Origin: Lepidodermella squamata
Lineage: Eukaryota > Animalia > Gastrotricha
Direction of reading: 5' to 3'
Length of the DNA stretch: 64,000 nucleotides
Assembly: GCA_047495785.1 (NCBI GenBank)
Contig: JBLDXI010000042.1
Coordinates: 4,340,001-4,404,000 of the forward strand
Part shown: one piece after another, positions 1 to 13,752 of the stretch
Numbering within the stretch: the stretch's first letter is position 1
Layout of the letters: each line of letters begins with the position of its first letter
The notes under the pieces: generated by a model
What the model was told of the DNA's origin: nothing
Database searches by the model: none
The model's input: only the letters and a program-made list of their open reading frames with translations
Program-made: the position numbers and the translations under genes

Positions 1-947
1 CCAGAACTGTTGCAAAAACCATATTTTTAAAGTCATTCTAAACTGACGACTCTACTGAGGCTGAACTTTTCTTTCTCATTATCGAGCTATTAATCATCTT
101 GCTCATTAAATGGACCGTTATCAAGCACTTTATCCCATATGACTATTTGTGATCAGTTGGCCTCGGTTGTCATTATAAATGCGACGACTATTTTCGGGCA
201 GTACGGTATTTAAAATGAGTGAAATGGCAATGAGAGAATTATGCTTCGAATCTATTCATGTCCCATTTAAGGACACGCTATTCTAATTCAACTCACCCAA
301 ATGGATAACGCTGTGTCGGATCCTCGCAAAATCTGGCTCTCCATACTTGCGCCGAGTACTTTAAAATCTGCATTTCGACCCACTTTCAGACGAAACCCGG
401 CCATGGCACAGTCTAGGAAGGACTTGAGCAGACAGGAAATCAGCAGATATTCATTCAGTCGCTCGAGTAGATAGTAGGTGCAGAGAAGCAGCATCGATTT
501 CTGGTTTCTGGATCACACTAGTTAAAATACACGGGTTCCATAAGGAAAACTGACTACAGAAATATGAAATACCTTACCTCATGAGTATCAGCTGTTAAGA
601 CTTGGAAATCATAAATTTAAAAATTCTCTCTAAAATATCTGTGATGAGACAGAAACAAAAAATGTCCAATTACGAATATGTGATTCATCGGGATTAATAT
701 TTTAATCCAAGCACAGGGAAATATATTCACCGAAGACAGAATGTGCGCAATATATTGAAAAGTGCATCACTAAATATCGTTTTCACCTGAAAAATGAGAA
801 AATACTATCGCCATATGGCAAGAAGATTCGAATGCAAGTTTTTCATCATACACGTCTGAGCAACAAGAAACGAGTAGAAAGGATTATTTTATCCTTTTGT
901 TCAGAATGGTAGTTTACTGATATGAAGGAATATGAATAGCGAAAAAT

Positions 948-3900
948 TCAGCATCCCCAGTCGTAAGGCTGGTCGATTTCAGCCTGAACGTTGAGGCCGG
1001 AGCTTGTACCGCGGCGTTGTTGAGTCGGGGCGTGCTGGTACGGGTTGGAAACACCACGGCCCAAACCACCGCTGTAAGCACCGCGAGAGCTCATCAATTG
1101 AGCAGTTGACGGCACGAAGGGTTCAGGCTCGGTTTTCCGGACAACCGGCCCTAATACACTGACCCGGCTATTGCTTGCCTGGCTATTCGCATACCCACGT
1201 TCGGCATCCATTCGCAGCTGAGAATCACGCGATCCGGCGTTTTCGGCTGCCAGACGCTCTTCTAGCAGCTTGACGCGCGTCAAATGGCTGTGAACGACGA
1301 GATGAATACGCAGAGAACGAAGGTTCCGAATTGTCACGTTGCATAGCTTGCAGGTGACCTGAAAAAATCAGTCATAAATTCAGTCAAAAGTTTACAGCTC
1401 AAAATGCTCAGAAAAGCCTACCGTTTCAAATTCGACGCCTTCCTCTAAGATCATTTTCAGCTCGGCGAGGTTTCGCTGCAAGTCCCTTAAACTCCAGCCC
1501 TCATCCGCCTCGTTTTGATCGGCCGAATCCCGAATTCCCATATTCGACATGGCTGAATTCAACGAAGCAGCAGCTGCATGATTTCCGGCTTCAAACGCCC
1601 TGGTCACATTTCTGCGATCACGGCCGTCGTGCATCTTGGGGGAGATCACTCTCAACACGTTACGCGGCGGCTGCTTCGCCGTTTCCTTCAGGCCCCAATT
1701 CGGCTGGATGGCAGGCGGAAATTCAATGTCAAGAATCGGCTGACGCTCGCGGATTTCGAACAGCTGAATAGCCGCTTCGATCATGAGTTGCTGCGTTTTT
1801 CGGAACTGAGTCGCGTTTTGCGTAATCACCGGGTTGGCCCGGTCTATCATCAAGTTGACACTGTCGCGGATCGAATTGATCAAAACCAGGTCATCCTGGG
1901 TGATTTTCGCATCCAGGGATAGGTAGAAGTCGTGGTCTAGAAACGCGGGATGCATGGTTGACGGATCTGGGCCGAGACCACACAGAATTCCAATCGGATA
2001 CTCAGTTTGCCGAACACCCTTGCTATATAGAAAATACCAAGTTTAAATATGGAAAATCTATAGAATTGTGGCAACTAACATCAGTTCAACAGCGGGCGAG
2101 AACAGCATGGCGACAATTGCAGGCAGACCAGGCTTCGGTTGGAACTCGGTTGTGTCTGAGAGGGAAATCGCCCCGGATCCACGGCCATCTTTAACTGCCG
2201 ATGATGCTGTGAGCTAAAATAAATAAAATAATGCTTAAAATACAAAATTCATAATGTTGTTTTCTAATAATTGGACCACTAAGAACGAGGCTCCAACGCT
2301 ACCTGGCAATAAAAATCTTTATTATTGTAAAAATCACTAAATGACGTTACGACGCGGAGGAAAAACGGCACGCTTTCTAAAGCCCACGTGTTAGAATTTG
2401 AGGGCACGCGCCTTATAATTCGGTGATGCGTTTTATTTCATTTTATTTTTCGACCTTTAACCTTTGCCTCAAAATCCGGTTCTACTCTACAATTCGGTGT
2501 GACCTAATATTTCGGTATAAATGGTAGCTACCTAAGCTACCTAAGCTGCGTTGAAAAATAATCGATGCGATATTTTATGCTAATTTTTGCCAGCCTACTT
2601 CAGCCCGATTTCTTATCATCACCCATCATTTAATCATTTTTTTTTATTAATTTCTGAAACATTTAAGCTCAGATCTTACATGCCATATGCCTCAGAATGT
2701 TGTAGCCCTTTTCGGATTAGAATTTTGAGAAACTGCTGGAATTATATATCAATTGAATTAATTAATTGAAAAAATCAAAATTTTGAAATTATGAAATTGA
2801 ACTTACGAAATAGACAGATGGCTCCGTTGGGAATTCTTCGATTGAGATGCAATTGACCGAATCTGACGAGACTTTATACTGGGTATGTTCACCGTAGCCA
2901 TAAACCGGGCAGCCCCACGACAACTCACCAGGTTGATTCGCGATTCTCAACTGAATCCGCTCCTCAAAAGACGGCTCAGTCGGCAGCCGAATCGTCGAAA
3001 AACGCAGCGGCCAGTAGTTATCCACGTCACTGTCTGGCTCAGTTTGATGCTGATGGTCAGGGTGGACAGTCCAGCGGCGACTTCGATCACGGTGATCGGC
3101 CAACGATTCAGGACTCTCCTCGCACTCGACAACAAATCGCTTGTTCAAAAAATGTGTGGTCATCGCCGTTGATTCTGCGTTTCGTCGCTGAATGTGAACC
3201 TCGAGGCCGACAACGCCGTCGACTACTGAAAAAACTTCGACGTTGAATTTCTTCAACCGGAGAATGCCGTAGTCTTCTTCGAACTGATTTCGCATCATCA
3301 TGTCCCGAGCCACTTCGATGAATTCGGGATTTTCACGAACTTTCGCCAAGCGACATTTGACAGCTTGGTATTTCAGGCCAACCAACGAACTCGGGCACTC
3401 GAATAATTGGGAGGTTTCGATTTCAAAACGGTCTCCAATATCAACAAAATGAACTTTCGCCAAGCTATTTTCGAATACCAGCGACTCCAATTCGACCCGT
3501 TGATAGCCGAAAAACGTATTTTCATGCCGGGCGACATAAATTTCACCAATTTTCGGCGTCGAAGCCGAACTGACTGGGGTCAGTGCGATTGAAAGGTCGT
3601 TCAAAGTTCGAGTGATGATGTTGTAATCGGCCTCGTGTTCGTTCAGCGGGACGAATCTAGCGAAAAATCGGCAGCATGTGACCACGTGGCTGATTTCGAT
3701 TTTCGCACATTGCACGTTTTCAGGTGGAATAGCGTATTTTGTGGCGGCACTTGCGGCCATGAGGGCCGAAGTTGGCCGGTCGTTGACAGCGGGCCGAGCG
3801 GGTTTCGAGTAGTCCTGACCGATTCTGGAACGTGGGTTCGATGAATCGTCGGTGATCATGATCAGGGTTGGGGCTGAAATTGAAATTTATACAAATTAAA

Positions 3901-6900
3901 CGCCACATAATGACAATTTGTATATTAGAATATTTGAATTTGAGTAACGCCGGTTCGAAAGTTGGAAAAAGAGTTCAGTGACTCAAGACACTGATGATAT
4001 GGGGCCGACATTTTCCTTTGTATCATTTGCAAAAACTGTGGCTCAGTTTTTGCATTCATCACTCAAATGTTTACATTTTCGCTTCACTGTAGATTCGTAA
4101 TATTTCCGTTTAAAAGCGATTTTTTCTTAGATCCCCTCTGATACCGCATCGGATAATGTGGTGAGTGATCACGCGGTCCTACTAACTACAAGTTACACCT
4201 CGCGGGATACCATTTAATGGAGAGCGATAGCAAATCCTGTGATCAAGAGATGGAAGTTGTAGATAAAGAACCATGCGATATGTGCTTGGAATCCAATAGG
4301 CGAATAAAAAACTCGTTTGTTGGCCGCGAACCGAACCATGGCCCGCAGCTGTGAGGCAGGCTATTCGCATGCATAAAAAATATTTTTCGAAAAACGAAAC
4401 GAAATCTAGCGCGGAACCCGCAGGTGCCTCTGATGGTGCCTCAAACAATGGCAGCAAACACGGAGCAAAACGCAAGACTGATGGCGATTCCTCAGGCGCC
4501 TCGAAGAAGCAGCGCGCTAAAAACGGCGAGCCCTTGCAAGAACTTTCACCTTGTAAATTTCTGATGTTGCCGGCTCAATTTGTTATTTCGGGTTACTGGA
4601 TAAATGATAGCATACGAAAGCTATTCTCAGTTTAGCATGCTTCCCAGTAACTGGCACTATCCTCTACTCTTCAGACGTTTCTCAACGTTTCTCAACATTC
4701 ATCAACGTATCACATTAAAAAAAGTACGTTTGAAATAAAATGACTACTTTTTGAGTCTTCGTCGGCTTGGAAAAGTTTCTCGATTGCGGCATGCCTCTCT
4801 ACGAGGCGTAAAAGCTGAAGGCTCAGTTGACAAAACTAAAAGCCGCCGATCGGAATTTCTATCGTGATTTTTATGACCTACCCAGTCCAGCAAACAATCT
4901 TCGTCGAAACAGTCCGAATCGTCAACAAGCATTCCCGACGCGATGTGAGTCATCAATTTTGTGAAGTTCGCTGAAGATGTTATCCTGCGACGCACCAATC
5001 CAATCGAAGTTTGATTTCGCTCCAGAACCCTATCTCCTTAATGCTTTGTGAAAATGCTTTGTGGAAATGCCATTGACACGTCTAGCACATCATAATCAGC
5101 TATCCGCGTTGAATAAAAGTGGATAAAATTACATGTGGCGCAATTTCTCGTAAAGGTGTTGACCGGCGCATCACCATGCCCGGCCATTCTCGGCCTACAA
5201 CTATAATCGCTGTTAATCGTCAAGTGATCAATTTCAACCCGTTGAGTAATATCAGTGAAAAAATTGAAAAATATCTTCAAACGAAGCCACGCCGTAATTC
5301 CTTCACGGGAAGTCAAAGTCAGACATTTGTTGGCTTAACGCTGTTCCAGCATTTGAATATGATAGTCGGTTTCGATACTGGAATGATTGCCCAATTTGAA
5401 CAAGGTCCAAATTGGTTTCCAACCAAGGTAAAAAAAAGTGACTAGGAAATTGCACATCCAGGAATTTCAGGAGAAATTCCGTTTTCCAATAACCAGTTGT
5501 CCCCCAAATAGCCTCGGTTGGTATCACATGGGCAAGGCACTTATCCAAGCAGTCAATTATTCAACTAGACCTCATTTTTTGTTTTTTTTTCTCTAGCGCC
5601 GGCACGTCGGCAAATAAACTTCTTGTTAAGATGTGTCGCGGTAGTTCGAAAAGGTTAGGGAATGTCTCATCAATTCACAGTCCTATCGATTTTTCAGTTC
5701 TGAATAGCCGAAATGGCAAATGTAGTTGGGGTTTCAATTTTTTTTGCGGTGACTTGAAGATTGATAAAATTAAAAATTCATATTTAGCCACTCACTTAGT
5801 TTGTTTCGGCGGCGGTAGAATTCACTGGCTTCCTGGATCAAACGGTCGCGTTCGCGATGCAGAGCCACTGGGTTGTAGGGATCGAGCAGCGGCAACATTT
5901 CTCGTCGCAGCATCCGCATTCGAATTGCTAGAAGTACGCAATCACTCACCACATTATCCGCGGCGTTCGGATCGATGTACTCGACGTAGGCCTTCGACTG
6001 CTCGTAGTAGATGCGCAAATGCTGCGAATTCGGATCGCTGATTGCCTTGCGAAAAATTGTCACCATCTGGTCGTGGTAGAAAAATCCGAGATTCTGCGGC
6101 AAATTGCTGATTTGAATCGTTCGTAGGAACGGGCGAGACGCTAATTCTCGCTGCAACATGTCCATGTCGCACTTTTTCGAGCTCAAAAAGTAATTCGGGT
6201 AATTTGAGGCCGCAATAGCAAGGCGGATTAGCAGTTCACGGTACCGAATTCGCAGATCGCGTTTTTCCGGCGGCAAGTTCTCCGTCCACTCTCGCAGGTC
6301 GATGTTCATGCGAACCAATCGAGCTTTCAAATCATTGATCAAATAACCGACCTCTTCGAAGCGGCTTCGATTAATTCCAATCGATCTCAGCTGTTCGAGG
6401 CGGTAATTTCGCGCGGCTTCATACGCGTAGAGATAGCAGAGCAGATCGCTTTTCGAGTACCTCGCAAAAATCAGTTTATTGCGGTGGTAGTCAAATTCGT
6501 TGTTGAAAGTTTTGTGGAAGAAGGTTTTCACGCTCAAGGAGGCTGCGATGATGATGCACGGATCGGCTACTCCGAACATTATACCGAAGATGATCAATTT
6601 TCCAAGACGAACATCAAGTGGGAGATTAGCCAGGATTTCGCCGAGATACGTCAAATCACCATCAAAAGCGTGTTCCTCCTCCAATTTCGACATTTCCTCC
6701 TCGGATAGGCAGTCAGTCAACGGGTCAATGTGCGGGCTGGTCAAGGCCTGGACCTCCTTACACAGCAAAACCGCTTTGTAGATGTTTTCCTCCAACGGCG
6801 GGTCCATCGCGTTGGCAAGAATCGACCGAGGTGGACCCATATCAAGCAGTTTGACTTGAAGAATGGTCTGGCAAAGGGAGGCTCGTAGAATTTCGGGGGT

Positions 6901-8789
6901 CGGGAACTCCTCCATGTCGACTTCGTACATTTTTCGATCGACTAATCGATAGCAAATGCCGTCTTGAACACGACCGGCTCGACCAGCCCTTTGCCTACAG
7001 TTCGCTCTCGACGCCCAGCACAGTCGAAGGGACTCGAGTTGACTGCCACGATCGGTATGAAGCATTTTGTTCAGGCAAAAATCGATGACGTAAGTCACGT
7101 CTGGGACAGTAATACTGCTCTCGGCGATATTCGTCGATAAAATGACTTTTCGCTGGCCTCGTTCAGCCTGCAGAAAAGCCTTTCGTTGTTCTTCGACATT
7201 CACATCGGAATGTAGGGTGACTAAACTGAGATTCGGGAGTCGTTCGAGCTCGCGGCTTACTGCTCGAATTTCTTGCATGCCGGGTAGGAAGATCAAACAA
7301 GCGCCTTTCGATTGCTTTTTCGCGTTGTTTTCCATTACGTCGAAATTTCTGATGATTTCGGCGCATATTTTGATGCAGTCTTCATTCAGAACTGCTTCGG
7401 TGTGTTCGATTCGAGGAGGCTGAAAATTAGAGATGAAATCGTTGAAGTATTTTGGAATACAAAAAAGTCCAATTGAATCAAAGCAGATTGGACAATACCC
7501 TCTATATAACCAATATTCTTCGATAACAGAAATGTTTTTCTATTTATTGCTTACCCTCCGGTTGAAGGTCAGCATGCCTAAGATATCATCGAGGAACCAT
7601 TCCTTCACAGAGAAGCACCTTCCTTTGATGGAAAGTATCGGCGCGGGGATCGTCATTTTGTTGGCACCAAGAGTTGAGAAATAAGCCGCTGTTTTCTGAG
7701 TTTGAATCGTAGCAGACATGACGATAACTTTAACCGTCGGAAATTCTGAAGAAATAATTTTAATAATATTTACCAGGAGTTTCAAATAATAACTAACCTG
7801 CTCGATATTTTTTAACCAGTAGCATGAGGAGATCCATTTCTCGATCGCGTTCGTGAACCTCGTCGAGAATGATATGCGTGAAATGGCCGGATCGATCGTC
7901 GGCACGTGACTTATCGCCTCGATTTCTTAGAGCGCCCATGAGTTTTCGCAACACCACACCTGTCGTACAAAAGAGCAGGCGAGTATCGGTACCAGCATGT
8001 CGTTGCTCGGAGCCGATCTGGTAACCGCAGATACCGGGTGGGCTGAATTGCCACTGATTGTTTTGGCAGATCTGGCGCGCGGCTGAAATCGCGGCGATTC
8101 GGCGCGGCTGAGTCACGATTATATTGGCAAATTCACGCCTTTGCACGGCATTGTGAAGAATCAATGGCGGAATTTGAGTCGTTTTGCTAAAGAAAAAACC
8201 AGAACAGGAGTTAAAGCGAACCATTTTCAAATTTTCCAGATTAATTCTTGAATTTTTGTTTTCTAATCTATTTCGCTTACCCGCAACCGGTTTCACCCTC
8301 AACGACCACTATCGGGTAAGTATCAATCAGGCGCAGAAGTTTTTCGCGATATGCCGCGATCGGCAGCTCGTCGCTAAACGCTTCCGGGCTGAATCGATAT
8401 CGCGAATAAACGCTTAGATCGCCCTGGCTGTAAGTATCATCTTCAGGCGGGAAGATTTGTGCCTCATCTCTACCGTAAGCAGCAGCTGCAGTTGTTGGAC
8501 GGTATGTCGGCCTCGGGGCAGACACAATAGAATCACTCACGTCGCGGCCTCGATCAGAATCGGGCTCGAAAAATTCCGGATTTCTATACTGGTGCGGGTA
8601 ATGGCCAGAAGTTTGAATCGAACTGGCTTCAAGTCTTCCAATGGGTTTTCGATATGCAATCATCCCGGTTGCTTGATCAATCGGGGCACCAGCACTTCGG
8701 TAAATTTCAGTCGTTTTCAACTGCTTGCCATGGTAAATACTTGCCCATTCGGAGGGCTTCGGGTCCGGGTAAACCAGGTCTTTCGGCAT
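948..8789 (-). CDS. TDRD9: TDRD9/spindle-E DExH-box RNA helicase with Tudor domain and C-terminal C2H2 zinc finger (piRNA pathway), ~1641 aa
   Basis: Exons (minus) 8789-8281, 8186-7798, 7745-7555, 7419-5796, 3873-2807, 2213-2080, 2022-1422, 1358-948; all GT-AG, and the total length is divisible by 3. Motifs: GETGCGKTT, TQPRRIAA, DEVH, MSAT, TNIAESSIT, QRAGRAGR, HA2 region, Tudor (VHFVDIG), PGLPAIVAMLFSP, terminal CKLC-x12-H-x5-H. The start codon is inferred from an in-frame stop just upstream. Confidence 0.92.
4744..5548 (-). pseudogene. Decayed coding-like sequence inside the 1.9-kb TDRD9 intron (unknown family)
   Basis: ORFs 5038-5316 and 4744-4998 are in the same frame, separated by a single stop. 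ORF 5303-5548 overlaps them in a shifted frame. No recognisable motif. Confidence 0.3.
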
Positions 8790-9539
8790 CACTCAATATT
8801 TCCAAATCATTTCCTAGCAATAAAATCGAAATAAGACTTTAAATGCGATTCAATTCGACTTTATTTCTTCCGTTTCGTCCCCAGACGTATTAAAACCAAA
8901 TGCAAAAAACCACCGCGATTACGTTAAACATGACTTTCGACGTGTGCGTCTGTATTACTTTAGAAGTCACGAATTTAGGAAAATACATCATCATTTAAAG
9001 GTCATGATATCTTCGTTTTTTACGACTACTGTGTGATGACATTTGCAGCTTATGATTATTACAAAAAACGACAGGGCATCATGTGGATAATCTTTGCACG
9101 GAAAGACATCTCAACAACAAGAGATGAAAAAACTAGGATTATTTAAAAATTATCGATGCGAACTCGGATTGGAAGCTATGACCTGGGCCTTCGGCGCCAA
9201 ACAAAATCAACAACATCGTCAGATTTAACAAATTTTTCAAACTAAGCTTCAACGAGCATGCATCAATAAATTGTTTTCGCATAACATTCTGTGTTTTTGT
9301 TTACTTGATCCAATACTGGCAAGGAGTGAGACTATCTAATGAAGAAGAATTCAACCTGTTAATAACTTTCCGAGCCCATGGAGACTAGGTTGGTCGGTGT
9401 TTCGTTATCATAAGTTTTGTAAAACAAGTATGAGAGAGAAAAGCACAACAGATATCGGCAAATGCTCGATCATTATTCGCATCATTAGACAAAATGAGTG
9501 AGGTCAGAAAGCTTGTCGGCACGGTGTGCGCATGCGCAA

Positions 9540-10413
9540 TTAAGGCATTGTCGCATGGGTATTGCGCGTTAGAACTGATCGCACGTCTGATGTAAACCGT
9601 AGAGCGTCGAGCATTGGGAGCAAGTTCAGAAGACAAGTATCACGGGGATCGTCGAACCAGGATTTGATTGGGATGCCGTTTTCTGTGTAAATAGAACCTA
9701 ATATAACCAAGTACTTCAAAACCGAAAAAATCAATACCTGGGAAAGACCGGTAGGCCGCTGGCGAGTTGTCAAGAATAAATACGGAAGACAATTTCGGAG
9801 AAATCGTTGTCAGATCTTTGATGTAGCTACCGTATTCAAATATACAATGCTGACGATAGAACCGGCGTCGTAAAATTCCCCGCCCATTATCCAATTTATC
9901 AGCAACAGCTGCACCGTATACTTCCATGCTGGCCGTGAACACAACCAAATCATACCATTGGCTGATCACGTCCAGAAAATAATCCACATGAGGCCGTTTG
10001 TAAACATAGAACCGGACCGGATGCTCATCAATTTTTACTCGGAGCGTGAAGTCGGGCGGGTTATAATCTGACCTCGGCTGAGGCCGAACCAATCCGTCGT
10101 GGAATGAATGAATCAAGGTTTCATCCAGGTCGAGAACGAGAATTTTCGGAGGCACCAAATCTGGAGAAGCTGAAAGCTTATCAAAACATGCTGAAAACGC
10201 GGAATAAGTGAACAAACCGAGCCTGTTTTTTAGCAGTGGCGGGAGAGGAATGACATCATATTTCAGGGCCTGGTGAGATACGATTTGTTTGTGAGTACGA
10301 TGGTAAACAGTCAGCACCAAGTTGACGAACTTCAGGCAAAGCTCAACGACATAGTATACCGTAGCGTTCAAAAACTTTCTGAATGACCCTGAATCACTCA
10401 TCTTGTCATGCAT
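9540..10413 (-). CDS. CTDNEP1: CTD nuclear envelope phosphatase 1 (Dullard), HAD family, ~253 aa
   Basis: Exons 10413-10218, 10160-9738, 9682-9540. N-terminal hydrophobic segment, [61 protein letters not shown]. Confidence 0.93.
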
Positions 10414-11379
10414 AAGACCTAAACATAAATGTTATTGGAAAATTGGAAAAATATAATGTGGCACAAAGCACGGATTCAGATAATGCAAGAATCAGAAATA
10501 AAGCTTGTACAGAAACACTAATAAGACTAAACATAATTCGTTTTAACTAAGCCTACTAGCTTCTAGATGCAAATAAGGACGCGGGCAAGTAGCATCGCCA
10601 GTGAACAGCGAACATACACCATACACCAAGTCCCTCTTCCTTCTTCCAGAAGTGCCATTTTCAATGAGGACATCTCTCGGGCGTAAAGTTCAACACGGAT
10701 TTCCTTCATTCATTCTTCAAGAATAAGATTTTGTCATTTATAAAAAATTGCCTTTCATCAAATTATTAACTCAATTCCAAGTACGTGTATAATATTTTAA
10801 AAATTAAATTCAAACCACGTGGTGTGTCACGTGACTTGTACCTTTTCTTCAGGTTACTGGTTGGTGGCTGGAAGGAGCCTGGCAGAGGGTTCAGTTGTCT
10901 AGCTCAAAAATTGCTGCGCCACCCACGCGCCGCTATTTAGTTTTGGCGGGTTTTAATACGCTTGCTCGTCATCTAGCTCATTTAGCCGAGTCATTTTAGC
11001 GTTAAGTTCTATAGAGAAACACCAGCTCACAAGGTTTGCCAACTCCCCGCTCCAATTTTTTCAGAAAAAAAATGTTCGCTCTTCCTGCTGCCACTCCGGC
11101 TTAATTCATATGTGTGATACACACCCTCATCGAATCTATCAAGAGCTGTCATATATGGATATGGAGCCAATTTTAGTGGGGCTAATCAGATGAACTGATG
11201 CAGCAATGCTCACTCATTTATCTTCAGATGCACTAAATTTATTTTTCCCATTTTGCTATGGTCACCCTTTAATATTTGAATACCTATATATGTGAAATAG
11301 CAATCCTCGATTCCTTCCAAATATTTCTATTGTTTATTTTCTATCCTGAGCCATGTATCGGTGAATTCATTTTTAGGCG

Positions 11380-13314
11380 ATGCTAACAATTTGTAAACGG
11401 CTGTCGCAGAGCCAACAGCTGGCGTTGAAATGTTCGGCCATCGGTCGGGCACGCTTCAACACTGCTGCAATGGCAAAACTCTTGGACCACGACAACCATG
11501 ATAGTCGCAATAAGCTGCGCGAGCTGTTCCGCGATCCACTGTTCACGCCCAAGTATGCCATGTCTCTTAAAGAGGAGCGTGACTTGGCATACCAGCGACT
11601 AAAGCGTATTTGCGATGCCAAGATTATATCGGTCAAGGACTTCCTGACGAATCCGAGCAACATTTTCAGTGCCCACGAAGTCGTCGGAATGATGGATGGT
11701 TCGACCGCAACTAAGTTGACTGTTCAATTCAATCTCTTTGGTGGAACTGTGCTGAAACTTGGCACCGAGCGCCACCACGGAGAGTTTCTTGAGAAAATCG
11801 ATCGCTTTGAGGCCATCGGCTGTTTCGCGTTGACGGAGCTCGGCTATGGAAACAACGCTGTCGAGATGGAGACTACGGCGACTTACGACGCTGACAAGGA
11901 CGAGTTCGTCATCAAAACGCCGTCTCCTCTGGCGCAGAAGTATTGGATCACAAACTCAGCTATCCATGCTCAGTGGGTCGTCGCCTTCGCTCGATTGATC
12001 ATCAAGGGAGAAGATCAAGGTGTTCACGGCATTCTAGTTCGCATCCGTGAACAGGATGGCTCTGTCTCGCCGAACACACGTGTCTGGGATATGGGTCACA
12101 AGATCGCCTTCAACGGCGTTGACAACGGCGCCCTATGGTTTGAGAACACTCGCGTTCCACGCACTAACCTGCTCAACGCCATGTCAAATCTCGAGAAGGG
12201 CGGTGCCTTCGAAAGCAAGGTCAAAAGCAAGCGAGGTCGTTTCCTGACACTTGCTGAGCAGTTGCTGAGTGGACGCGTCTGCATCGCCTCCATGTGCCTT
12301 GGCAGCACTAAGGTTGGCCTGACGAATGCGATTCGCTACGCAGCCTCGCGCAAATGCGTCGGTCCGACCGGCTTGTCCGACACACCAATTCTCAACTACC
12401 AGCTTCAACAGCGAGCGTTGATGCCGCTTGTTGCGTCTACCTATGCCCTCAATATCGGCCTCAACTACGTCAAGGATCGCTTCAGCAAGAAGACGGATAA
12501 GGACCACGAAGAGGTGCTACGACTGTGCTGTATCATCAAGACGATGGTTACATGGAACAACGAACGAGTCGCGACTGTGTCACGCGAGCGATGCGGTGGC
12601 CAGGGTTACTTGTCGGCGAATCGATTCGGCGAATGCATCGGCGGCGCCCATGCCGGCATGACTGCTGAGGGCGACAACCGTGTGTTGATGCAGAAGGTGA
12701 CCAAGGAGCTTCTGAGCAGTGTCAAGCCAAAGCACGTCATGGAGTATTTCTCAAACTTCCAACTTCGCGGGGAAGAGAAGCGAGAATCCCTAGGTATTGC
12801 TAAGGTCGATGACGTCACCAGCGAGGAGTTCTTAATGAAGCTTTTCCGTGAGCGTGAGAAGTACCTACTGTACAACCTCGCCTTCCGTCTTCATCAGAGC
12901 AAGGAAGCGGGCACTTCGCTGTTCGACTCTTGGACCTATGAGCAACAGGATCTGGTTCAGGAAGTTGCCCAGGCTTATGGCGAGCGAATCATGCTCGAAC
13001 AGACCTTCTTGGCCAGCAATTCCGCTGAGGCTAGCATCAAACCAGTGCTGAAGAAACTCGGGTCGCTCTACGGCATTCACCGGATCGAACAGGCTCTTGG
13101 CTGGTACATGACTGAGGAGTTCTTCAGCCCGAAGACTGGCAAGACCGTTGTCAAGGCGTCGCAGAAGCTATGCAAGGAACTCGGCGGCCATGCTGTTGAA
13201 CTGGTCAACGGCTTCGGCATCCCGCAACACATGCTGTATGCTCCGATCGCCCGCGACTGGGTCAAGTACAACACGTACGAAAACAACGGCGAGTTGAATA
13301 AGGAAAAGTTCTAA
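11380..13314 (+). CDS. Acyl-CoA oxidase family flavoprotein, intronless, 644 aa
   Basis: [32 protein letters not shown] and TAEGDN (catalytic Glu) motifs of the ACOX family. Confidence 0.9.
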   Translation: MLTICKRLSQSQQLALKCSAIGRARFNTAAMAKLLDHDNHDSRNKLRELFRDPLFTPKYAMSLKEERDLAYQRLKRICDAKIISVKDFLTNPSNIFSAHEVVGMMDGSTATKLTVQFNLFGGTVLKLGTERHHGEFLEKIDRFEAIGCFALTELGYGNNAVEMETTATYDADKDEFVIKTPSPLAQKYWITNSAIHAQWVVAFARLIIKGEDQGVHGILVRIREQDGSVSPNTRVWDMGHKIAFNGVDNGALWFENTRVPRTNLLNAMSNLEKGGAFESKVKSKRGRFLTLAEQLLSGRVCIASMCLGSTKVGLTNAIRYAASRKCVGPTGLSDTPILNYQLQQRALMPLVASTYALNIGLNYVKDRFSKKTDKDHEEVLRLCCIIKTMVTWNNERVATVSRERCGGQGYLSANRFGECIGGAHAGMTAEGDNRVLMQKVTKELLSSVKPKHVMEYFSNFQLRGEEKRESLGIAKVDDVTSEEFLMKLFREREKYLLYNLAFRLHQSKEAGTSLFDSWTYEQQDLVQEVAQAYGERIMLEQTFLASNSAEASIKPVLKKLGSLYGIHRIEQALGWYMTEEFFSPKTGKTVVKASQKLCKELGGHAVELVNGFGIPQHMLYAPIARDWVKYNTYENNGELNKEKF

Positions 13315-13752
13315 TTGGTATAAACAAAGTCACCTAACTGAAATATGACAAGTTTTTGAGCTTTAAAAGCTCTTTAATGGATAAAAGTTGTGGCATGTGA
13401 GAGATTATGCTCGTCCCAAATCACCTTCTTTCAGTTCTTTTAAAGTATGTATCAGCTCATTTTTTCTTGAACCTTATACAATTGTTCTAAAGAGTAGCTT
13501 CTCTCCTTCATTCATAATGAGATCGAGGATGGGTCGATTTTCGCTACACCATTTTCGACCATTTGTATATTTTTGGAAACTTGATGGTGTTTTACCGCGA
13601 AATTTTTTGAAAAATTCGATTTCCTGTTCTTTTTGTGTCATTAAAATTTATATGTGGTGGTAAATAAAATTTTGCAGATTTTTTTGCATATTATTTATTC
13701 ATAACCACGTTTTTTATTTATAGTCTCTTTATAGTGAATTGACTTAAATTCA

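Noticed and set aside
1-600. Possible 5' exons of another minus-strand gene (ORF 288-494 with splice-like signals)
   Set aside because: I could not assemble a stop-free spliced frame or recognise a product.
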